Shown: positions 47,810 to 57,600 of the stretch, piece after piece
How the letters are laid out: every line of letters starts with the position of its first letter
Position numbering within the stretch: the stretch's first letter is position 1
Virus record (IMG/VR): IMGVR_UViG_3300025659_000001
Coordinates: 1 to 59,038 of that record
From: a virus
Taxonomy: Duplodnaviria; Caudoviricetes
Direction: 5' to 3' (one strand)
DNA length: 59,038 nucleotides
The notes under the pieces: model-generated
Told to the model about the DNA's origin: nothing
What the model saw: the letters and a program-made list of their open reading frames with translations, nothing else
Databases searched by the model: none
Program-made: the position numbers and the translations under genes

Positions 47810-47836
47810 AAGACCCTCATAAATAAGGAATAAAAC

Positions 47837-48322
47837 ATGAGTAGAGTACATTTCCTAGCAGACCCTCACTTTGGACATAGAAACATTTTGAAGTATCGTA
47901 CTCAATTTAAGAGTATAGCTGAACACGATAATTATATTGTAGAAAGATGGAATAATGCCATTGGTAAAAATGATACTGTCTACCTTCTTGGTGATGCAGC
48001 ATTCACTATGGAATCACTGGAAATCATTAGAAGTCTCAGAGGTCAAAAAATACTCATTCGTGGGAATCATGATACTCTTAATGCTGCTTATTATCTTTGG
48101 GTTTTCAAGGATGTTTTAGGCTCTATAAGCTATAAGAACACATGGCTTTCACATATACCTATTCATCCATCTGAAATGCGACGAAAGATACTAAACATAC
48201 ATGGACACACACATCATAAGATAATTGATGACCCTATGTATTTTAGTGTATGTTGCGAACAAATTGATTATCGTCCTATTGCTTGGTCAGAAATACTCAA
48301 GAGGACTGATAACGAAGTTTAG
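47837..48322 (+). CDS. Calcineurin-like metallophosphoesterase
   Basis: DPHFGH, LGD, GNHD, SH and HGHTH motifs. Confidence 0.9.
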   Translation: MSRVHFLADPHFGHRNILKYRTQFKSIAEHDNYIVERWNNAIGKNDTVYLLGDAAFTMESLEIIRSLRGQKILIRGNHDTLNAAYYLWVFKDVLGSISYKNTWLSHIPIHPSEMRRKILNIHGHTHHKIIDDPMYFSVCCEQIDYRPIAWSEILKRTDNEV

Positions 48323-48444
48323 TGGTAGAGGGTGAGAGTCGTTACAGATAAGACTTTCGATGGGAGCGAGGGGTGTAGTGTGCGTTTCGTGTTTCGTAGT
48401 CTGTACTATGAGCATGAAGTTCGATACATCGTTTATGCCACTAA
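48319..48444 (+). ncRNA. Candidate structured ncRNA
   Basis: TTAGTGGTA/TGCCACTAA closing stem, GAGTC/GACTT hairpin and a long G-U-rich hairpin at 48386-48418. Confidence 0.45.
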
Positions 48445-48449
48445 TTAAA

Positions 48450-48580
48450 TTGGAGCAAAAAAGAACACCTGCCAGATAAACGGGAAGTCACTGGTTCAAC
48501 TCCAGTTACCGCATTATAGCGATGATACCCCTAGGGGAGTAAGTTAGAAGCGGTATAGTTCAGTCAAGAGGCTGCTCCAA
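48450..48580 (+). ncRNA. Circularly permuted tRNA-like gene (GAT/Ile-like anticodon)
   Basis: The 3' part (GAAC, anticodon arm, T-arm ACTGG-TTCAACT-CCAGT, TACCGC) precedes the 5' part (GCGGTA-TA-GTTC-AGT). Enclosed by TTGGAGCA/TGCTCCAA. Confidence 0.7.
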
Positions 48581-48585
48581 AAACT

Positions 48586-48621
48586 GAAAAGGGGACATGA
48601 AATACTGTCCCCTCTTCTTTT
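48586..48621. terminator. Bidirectional terminator at the convergence of the two arms
   Basis: GAAA-AGGGGACA-loop-TGTCCCCT-CTTCTTTT. Confidence 0.75.
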
Positions 48622-48650
48622 GCACTCGTGGCAACCAACCACTAACCAAA

Positions 48651-51600
48651 TTATAAGTTTTTAAGTGATTTTAATGCTGCTTCTCTCCGCTTTACTGACA
48701 ACGAAGTACCACCTCTAGGTTTAATTTCCGGTAATCCTTTCACCTTATTATAACCCTTTTGAATACCACCCATCAATTTCTCATGTAAGTCATTGATATA
48801 CTTTGGTGGTTTGTACATTCCTGTTTCTATTCTGAAGGCTTTTTCCCATTGACCATTAGTAAGAGCTGGTATAGTATGCCATGCTGACCTAGCTGCTTGG
48901 ATATTAAATATTCTTGCAACTCGATACCACCAGTCAGGGTCATTTGTATCTTTCTCAAGACCCATTCTACTTTCAATAGACTCTGGGGTAAGATTAATAA
49001 AATCAAATAGTTCACCCGCAGTTAATACATCACTTACGAAAGGCCCTAAGTTAGCTAAAGCAGGATGTTTACCATAGTAGGTATTCCATTTCTTCTCTAG
49101 TCCTTCTTTAGTACTTTCATCTGCTGTTATCCATTCATATAGCTTACTTGCTTCAGATGCTATTGGGTTCTCCACTAGTCCGTCTGACTTTTTATCATCT
49201 CCAAACATCTCCGCTAAACCACCTACACTAAAGCCTGAAATCATTGCAAATAGTCCTGTTCCAATGGTTTGTATAGCTACACTACGCATCATTCTTGCGA
49301 TAGATGGTGATACAATAGTCTTAGAAGCGTCTAGAGGGTCTATTGCTGTCCAGTTACCGCCCTTGATATCACCTAGTCCATCTTTCATTAGATTGAACAT
49401 TAGGTCGAAGTATGCAAATTTAAAATGCTGGAACTGTGTAACTATCTTGGAAGCACCTGCCATTTTGCCCATATATCTCTGGTCGCCCCGGTTGATTCTA
49501 GATTTAGCCCAGTTATCATAATCAAAATGAAGTGTTTTCACCATTTCAATAGCGTAGTTACCAGATATATCTTCAATGTGGTCAAATAATTGTTTACGGG
49601 TAGGGACTTTACCATACCTTTTCATAAGAACTTTTTCATAATGAGCTTGTCTACCTGACTCTATATCCCATTGTGAAGCAAAGGCTATTTCAAATGTATT
49701 CTGCCTATTCTTATTCTCAGCCCATCTCATTGTAATAGCAGAAGCGTTAGCAGCCTCTCCCATCTTCCTTGAAACTTCACGTAGAGCATTGCTAGAACGG
49801 TCAATTATTAGCTCTCCTCTTTCGTTAATAGCGAATCCTTTTGGAACCATATAATAGTCAATGGAACCAGCAGTAGCAGCAGATTGTCCAGCCTCTACTG
49901 TTCGTGATGCCTTTTCAATATCTCCTGTAAGAGCATATCTTTTTAGTTGTCTATCTAACATTTCTTTATTATTACGATAAGCATCTCTGTTCTCAGTAGC
50001 GGTTGTTTCACGACTGTTATGACCTGCAAGGAAATTGTCTCTGTTCTTATACCCTTTCCCACCAAACCATACCCAGTTAAATAACCCTTGACCCCTATTT
50101 TTTAATCCACCCTTGACACTTAATCCAAGTTTAGATATATATTCAAAACCATTGATGATTTGAACCATGTAATCCATGCTGTTCATTTCACCTCTAGTCT
50201 GATTGAGTGTACTGCCACGTATTTCATTTAATACATCTAGAGTATACTCAGAGAAATTGGCTAAATCACCATTATCTTTTGCTCCTTGTGATGTATTTAC
50301 CTTACGAATATGTTTGAGAGCATCGTGGGTAGCATCCATAAAAGCATAATTTACTCTTGACTTAAAGTTATAGTTTGCAACGTCTTGAACATACTTATTG
50401 AGATAATATACTGGGTCTAGTGCTATGTACTTATCAGTATTACCTCTTGGCTTTGCAAATCCGGGTAGTATCTGGTCGGTAATCATAGACTGGATTCTCT
50501 CAGCAATCTCACTAGGCTTTTGCCCTTCAAACTTTGCTCCATGTTTCTTCATAGCTGATTGGGGGTTCTGAGCATAATCTGATAACTGCCTAACAGCATT
50601 AGTCAACTCAATAACATAGTGTGGCGAATACTTTTTAATGCCAACTGCTATTTCCTCAGTAACTACCTCCCTACCATCTACCATTCTACGCTTTGTAACC
50701 ATGATAGGTTTGGTAGTACGAGATTCGGGGTCATATATTCTCATGTCTTTAACCATGTGAGTACCAGTACCCATGTCAGGTATACGTTGGTTAGCATCTA
50801 CACTTGTTTGAAATAGCATTGAGGACATAGCTTCATCTAGCATCTTCATAGAACTCTCGATACCAGCCCTATCACTTGAATCAAATCTCATACGCTGTAA
50901 TGTTCTACGTGTGGTAAACAAGGCATTATGTAGATTACGAGCCATGTCAGTACGAAGTGTATTCCAATGCCCTACAATCTTTTCTTCCCAAGGCTTATTA
51001 GGGTCAGGTTGTTTCGTAAACTCCAATAGGTCACGAAACCTAGTAAGCATTTCAGCCCCATTTTTCTTGCCACCCTCTAGTGATGGGTCACCTATTAACT
51101 TAGTAATATCTCTCAAGACCTTACCTGCATCTTCACCGGGCTTTGCATCTAATAAGGCACGTTCAAGTTCTTGGAAGTTCTTGTATTGAGATTTATCGAA
51201 GTTCATATCTGACATCATTTTTTGCATACCCTCTAGCATACCGTTGATATGTCCAGTAGCATCTCTCAAGGTACGTTGGTTATAACTATTTGATTTCTCA
51301 AATTCACTTATCATTCTAGCACCACCGGGGAACTTAGAAGCAATAGCCTTCGGCAATTTAAACCAATGCCCAAACCAACTCTCTTTCTTCCCTAGATTAT
51401 TAACAAACTCATTGACACCACGAATGTACCTATCTGCATCCCTCTTATCTATTGGGATATTATCAGGGTCAAAAGGATTACCGGTATACTTCTTCCAGAG
51501 CCATTTGTGTGTCTCTAAGTCCTTGTCATAACCATATAGCTTAGATGCTGCATGGTTGGATAGTACTGATGCACCTTCTTCAACAACTCGTTTTAGCTGT

Positions 51601-51665
51601 CTTGCGGTTTCGTCTGAGGGAACCCTAGAATTACCTGCTGCTCCTCTACATCCTGCTACTGGCAT
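48651..51665 (-). CDS. Large internal virion/ejection protein
   Basis: 1004 aa, helical; coupled (TAATG) to the virion RNAP gene; last gene of the late arm. Confidence 0.65.
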   Translation of the reverse strand: MPVAGCRGAAGNSRVPSDETARQLKRVVEEGASVLSNHAASKLYGYDKDLETHKWLWKKYTGNPFDPDNIPIDKRDADRYIRGVNEFVNNLGKKESWFGHWFKLPKAIASKFPGGARMISEFEKSNSYNQRTLRDATGHINGMLEGMQKMMSDMNFDKSQYKNFQELERALLDAKPGEDAGKVLRDITKLIGDPSLEGGKKNGAEMLTRFRDLLEFTKQPDPNKPWEEKIVGHWNTLRTDMARNLHNALFTTRRTLQRMRFDSSDRAGIESSMKMLDEAMSSMLFQTSVDANQRIPDMGTGTHMVKDMRIYDPESRTTKPIMVTKRRMVDGREVVTEEIAVGIKKYSPHYVIELTNAVRQLSDYAQNPQSAMKKHGAKFEGQKPSEIAERIQSMITDQILPGFAKPRGNTDKYIALDPVYYLNKYVQDVANYNFKSRVNYAFMDATHDALKHIRKVNTSQGAKDNGDLANFSEYTLDVLNEIRGSTLNQTRGEMNSMDYMVQIINGFEYISKLGLSVKGGLKNRGQGLFNWVWFGGKGYKNRDNFLAGHNSRETTATENRDAYRNNKEMLDRQLKRYALTGDIEKASRTVEAGQSAATAGSIDYYMVPKGFAINERGELIIDRSSNALREVSRKMGEAANASAITMRWAENKNRQNTFEIAFASQWDIESGRQAHYEKVLMKRYGKVPTRKQLFDHIEDISGNYAIEMVKTLHFDYDNWAKSRINRGDQRYMGKMAGASKIVTQFQHFKFAYFDLMFNLMKDGLGDIKGGNWTAIDPLDASKTIVSPSIARMMRSVAIQTIGTGLFAMISGFSVGGLAEMFGDDKKSDGLVENPIASEASKLYEWITADESTKEGLEKKWNTYYGKHPALANLGPFVSDVLTAGELFDFINLTPESIESRMGLEKDTNDPDWWYRVARIFNIQAARSAWHTIPALTNGQWEKAFRIETGMYKPPKYINDLHEKLMGGIQKGYNKVKGLPEIKPRGGTSLSVKRREAALKSLKNL

Positions 51666-54600
51666 TATTCACATCCTTTTTCATATAAGTGACTATACTC
51701 TTTGGTTAGTTTGTCTTTCAGTGATACCTCTGTACCCTCACCGTATCCACCAGCATGTTTACCAGCATCTCTTACTGCTGGAGTATCTTCATGTATGGCT
51801 CTAGCAGCACTAATAGTTCTCTGCTCTTTTGAACCCCATATGGATGCTACTGATTCGGCTATCTGAGAATCACTTGGTCTTAGGTTTCTACCTCCGACAA
51901 CGTTTTCAGTCAGATGATACAGCTCTATTGGGTCGAGATGGTAAGTCCCGTTCATATAGGCTGCCATTAAGTCTGCTGCCAACTCATCTTTGATATTTTC
52001 ATGAGTCATCCAAATAGGTATTTCTTCTTTTGTTAGCTGGAATATCTTTAATGGTCTCCTCACATCCTCTAGCCTGCGTTGTGCCATTACATCACCCATT
52101 ATAGTAGGGTTATTCTGCCTTAATAACTCAACAGTCATTCTCTGTATAATATCGGAATGTAAATCACGGGCTAGGTCTGGGTGTATTAAATCAGAACCCT
52201 TGCCTGCCATCATCTTATCAAGAGTAGCAAGTACAAGTTTCTCATTATGTCTATTACTTCTATATGCTTCATGAGTAATATACTGTCCATTAGCGGGGTC
52301 ATAACCAGTAACTGCCATTTTCTTATTGTCAATCACTGGTGTTAAGAGCCTAAATAACAACTGTTTAACTCCATCTGCTCCTGCTATTTCATGTGCTCTA
52401 CCCATATGGCGAGCAAGTACATGTTGCTGTAATTCACTTACAGTTCCCCATTTATCAGAACTCATTGGAGCAAACCTATCATTAAGTAGGCTAACCTCAA
52501 ACAGTTCCTCTGGCATACGTTCTGCAATATCATTAATCCTGTCACGAGTTCCACTATATTCTAGGGATGGTAAATCACGAGCAAAGGCTTTAGCAAATGC
52601 TCTTCTTGATTTCAGTACTACATCATGTTCAACTTGTAGCTCCCTTGGGTTATAGATGACAACATCGCCCTTGTTTAACCATTCTCTTTTACCCTTGCTT
52701 ACACGCCTAAAGTTGACAACTTCATTATTCTTGATAGTGTAAATATGAGCAACCTTGTGGAATAAACGATTTTCTGACTCTGGGTTAGTAATCATAGTCC
52801 CTCTAGCCTCAACACGACCATTCAACTTTTCATTGATAATGCCAATAGCCTCTGTATGAGCTTTCATGACCTTCAGTAACCTATCATATTTAGAGGTGTT
52901 AGTCTGCTTGAAGTGACGCATCTCTTCTAATCTGTCATTGATTCTCTGTGCTTCATAGCTTATCCAGCCCATTTGAGCCCAATCTGATTCAGTACGAATG
53001 TATGTGTTCAATGCTGATGTCATTGTCTGCCTGTCATAATTGAACTCACCACTAAGCATGTTCGTAATAGTAGCATCAGTAGCAGGTTTTTTTCCATTAA
53101 TCTCTCTATTGAAATATCCAGCCAGCTCTTTCATTCCTTGAGCTAGTGGGTGATTACTGGTAGACTGTTTACCTGTTGATGTAGCTCCTAGCCACTCCAG
53201 TAGATTCTCAGCTATTCCTGCTGTGTGATTAAGCTTGGCTCCAGTATTCCTATCTGTGAAGTTAGCATGGTTCTGAACCTTACGTATCACATCATTATAA
53301 GATGATACTAGTTCTGTAACGCCCATCTTGCGTTGAGTACCATTTGCCATAGTCTCTGTCATGTTCTGAAGGTTGAAGAACTGACCTAATGGTATCATTA
53401 GCTCTGTCATTTCCTTCTGTAAAGTACGTCCAGTAGATTCTTCCCTTGCATCAATCCAACCGAGTTCTTGGTCACGCCTTTCAATCTTTAGGAAGCCATT
53501 ATCTCCAAACCATATAGCCTTACTTGCGCTAAATTCACTTGGAACTTCTGGTGTAGCCTTGTAAACATCAATAGTCGTTTTAATCAAGTTCTTCAAGTAG
53601 GCTAGTGAATTGATATACTCACCACCATCTTTAAAGGTGACCCTAAACCTATCTTTAGACCTGTTCACATGGTCATTAAACATTTCTATGCCGTCATTGA
53701 CAACAGCATGGCTTACTCCACCTTTTTCATTGACTTCATAGCTACGTGCTAGGCCGGGCTCAATACCATCTAAGCCAGCTCTAGATACTAACATATTGTA
53801 TATCATGGTAGCTGCTGAGTGTTGTCTCACAATTCCACCACGCATACCTTCAAGGTGAGCTATGTAGGCATTTTTGGTAGTCATATCACTAGAGTTGTCA
53901 GCTAAGACAGACTTCATAGCAGTATCAAATAACTTACCTGTGGCAACATCTTGATACCCAGATAGATTGTAGATGTCCCTTACAACCGCACCCGGTAAAG
54001 CGAAGAAACTCGCACTCTTATCAAGGTCAAAGTCAGCATCCTGTGGGTCTACAACGTCTAGGTAGTTCATTTCACTAACTGGGCCTCGTTTAGCACTTAA
54101 TAGTTTCTCTACCTTAGTGATAACGCGGTCTGACATTCCAGCCATAGGTGTACGCAGGTCAACATTAGCAACGTGGATTGCTTTGAATCCAGTCTTTTTA
54201 GCTGCCATTCGACCGCCGTTAGATTTATAGTCTTGTCCTTGTAGTTCTGTACCTTCCCAATATTCACCATCTAAGTGAGCTACTAGGTCAGCTATATTCA
54301 TACCTTCAAACCCCTCTAGGGCATCAGCATAAGCCTTCTTAAAAGCACCATTAATGCGAGCATCTAGCTCTCTGCCAACTGCCTGACGTTTTGCACTACC
54401 AAAGATTTTATCTCCAGCCTTTTGTCTCATAGCAGTCAAGTGAGGCCCCATTACAAAGCCATCATGAGTTACTACAATGTCGTCACCAGATTTTAATGGT
54501 TCAAAGCTCATATCTTTCTTGCTTCCGTATTCACCAAGTATAGCATTCATCTCGGCAGCCTTCTCTGGTGTAAGCGTCAGGATGAGCGATACACCCTGTT

Positions 54601-57600
54601 TGTCACCCATACCCTTGATACCACCTACAAAAGTCTCTTGATGCTCTCTGTATGCCTTTCCGGAGCCTCCAAACATGCGTTGGTATCCTTGACCTGAACC
54701 ACCTTCGATAATTCTTAGGGGCATTGACAGGTCTGTTGCTGCTGTCATGACATTGTAGCCACCATAAGGCGTTCTACTGGTCGTGAAGTTTCTATTGCCT
54801 AGATACTCAGATACAAGCATTTTATCAGCTTGAGGAATCATATATTCAAATACTGGAACACCACCAGCCTCTAGTACGCCTTCAATACCCATAGACCTAG
54901 CGAATAAATCACCTCTATTGAGTGCTGAGTTGCGTAAGGTAGCCATTGATGACCTAAAGCTCAACGGATTAGAGTGCATGTCCTTATAAGACCTTAGTAA
55001 ATCAGATACAGCTCCCAAGCTACCCGTCATATCATTCAAGGCTTTCTGCCCTTCATTAGATAAGTGATTACCGAACGCTGCTGTGAGTGTTCCATCATGG
55101 TCTGTTGAGATACTCTTGAGAAGAATAGCCTCATTAGGAATCATGGTGATTAAATCTTTACCTGCACGTGCCATAGGGTCAACCAAGTCCATCAAACCCT
55201 CTCCGGGGTTCTTAAAACTGTTGTCTGTCTCTGCTGGTGTAATCCTCAGTCTCTTGTCTAAGAACTGTTGGCCTTTTCCTGCCTTAGTTTTGTTGATCTT
55301 CATAGCAGAGCTAAACGTAATAGAATCAGTCTTATAGGTCTTTCCATCAGGATTCTTCATCATGGCATCCATCATTGGATTAAACTTAAAGGCTGTCTTA
55401 CCAACCTGTACTGATACCGAACCATCTTCTCCAAACTCAGAGTTCATCACTGTTGGTTTAATAACAGCTTGAAAGCCTGTAACCTCACCCTTTTCATTAA
55501 AGGTAAACCAATCCTTACTGCCACCTCTGGTCAACAAGAGTGCTGCCATGTGGGGTAGTGAAAGATACCATTCACCATTAACTACTGAAGCATCTGCTGT
55601 TTGGTAGTTCTGCATTTGTATTTCAAGCATAGCATCTGCATTTTCAATAGAATACCCATTGTCAATAAGCTGTTGCTTGAGCTGTGCTTTACCACGTTGA
55701 TATATGCTAAAGAACTTTTCACCTTGACCATCTTCATCTTCGATTTCAATAGTACGCATATGTTTATTCTTCACCATCTGTGACTTGAAGTGCTTTAAAA
55801 TATTCAGCATTTCCTTATCTTCACCAGCATACTTGTCCCAATATCTCTCAGTGACCTCGACTGTTGTTTTATCAAGAGCAAGACCATTACGAGCATTATC
55901 TAACTTAGCGTATTTCAATAGCTTAGCTATCTTCTCTGGTGTCGCAGTTCTCTCTATAAACATTGCCTGTACTTCATGTGGTACAGCATCAATAGCTCTA
56001 GTTAGGTACACTAGCTTTTCCAGTACCTCTAGACCATTCTTGCCATTCTTATCAAAGCCAATATTCTCAAAATATCTGTCAACTAATTCTGGACTATCTA
56101 CTAGCGCAGAAAGCTGTTTCCGTATACGTGATTCTGGGTTCTTCCAGACCTCACCAGCAGTACGTAGGCCACGAGCCGACATCACAATAGTCGTTCTGTC
56201 ATCGAGTTCTAATACTCTAAACTGTGGTTTATTGCCTTTACCATCCCCAACTAAGGTACTTTGGAGTCTCTCAAGTATTTGGGAACTCTCCACATCCATA
56301 AATTGATCTAATGGAATGTCAATACCCATACCCTTCGCGGCATTGATAGCAATCGCATCTCGTAGCCCTTTGTCTAATCCTCTTAGCTGTCTCTCACCAA
56401 TAACAGCCTGTTGTCCTAGCATCATGATAGACCCATCAAAGTCAGTTAGACCTAATTGATGTTGAAGTCTATTGATACCCCTATGCCAACGTGATGTGAC
56501 TGTCATCCCAGCATTAAAAGTACCGTTTTGACCAGTCCTATCGGGAGCGTTATAGCTCAAAGTAAGCATTTGTTTTCTATTGATTTGGTTCATAATAATC
56601 TGCATAACATCTGAATGAAAGTCAGGTCTACTATTTCCACCCATACGCCCAGCCATATCCTCAACAAATGGGAAAATAATAGATTCAACAATATCAGCAG
56701 CTTCGACATATTCTTTAGTCTTTTCGTTAAAGAACAACTGATTAGCAGCATTATCTCTATCATAAGCTACCCTGCCTTTACCGATTGCATACTGAACCTT
56801 TTCAGTTAATGATGCAAACCCTTCTGGAGTCACACCGTAATCAGAATACTTTGCTATAAAAGCACTCTCGCTGATGGTACTAGAATGTGATGACCAAGGA
56901 CGCGTGTGTATTGGTCGCCCATTAGCTCCGTAGTGGTCATCTATCCACTCAGGAACTTCATAATATTCATCTAGCCTTGTCTCTTCCATGTATTTCTCAA
57001 GTGACCCATTCATTATGAGTTCAGCTTCCATCAAAGCTTCCTTCAAAGGCTCTGCTTTTATACCTTCATAGCGACTCAATTTAGACTTTAATGCCTCTAA
57101 CTGTCCAAGCCTTGTCTCAAGGGTACGCAAACCAATAGCATCACCAGTCGCAACCATCCACTCAATAGTGTGTTGGATACGTCCAGTAACCTCTGCTAAC
57201 TCTACTAAATGATTACGCATAGTTGAAGTCGAGGCATCTTCTTTCCATTGCTTTGAAGATAGTGTAATTCTTTCAACTTCAGTACCCAAGCCACTAATGG
57301 CTTCAGCTACCTGCCCAATTCTCCGGAGCCTATTAGCATCAGTTGATTGGTTCAAACCTATAATAGTATTCATTAATTCCATTGGTTCAAGGAAGTTTGG
57401 TATCTCTCCACGAAACTCAATCATTTGAGCTCCATTACGTTGACCTTCTCTCAATGGTATTTCAATGTTGTCTCTATAAGAGTCTATTTCTTTTCTTGTC
57501 TTAGCATCAAGTGGGCCATCACGACTCACTAACTGCTCTATGGCACTAGAATCTAACATTAAGATTTTGCCATTAGAGTGAGTGACTAAGCCTCGCATCT

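Noticed and set aside
48450-48580. Two-piece tmRNA or YrlA Y RNA
   Set aside because: An anticodon arm is retained, there is no tag reading frame or G3-U70 alanine identity, and no Ro60/SmpB gene was recognised. The permutation point is the D-loop.
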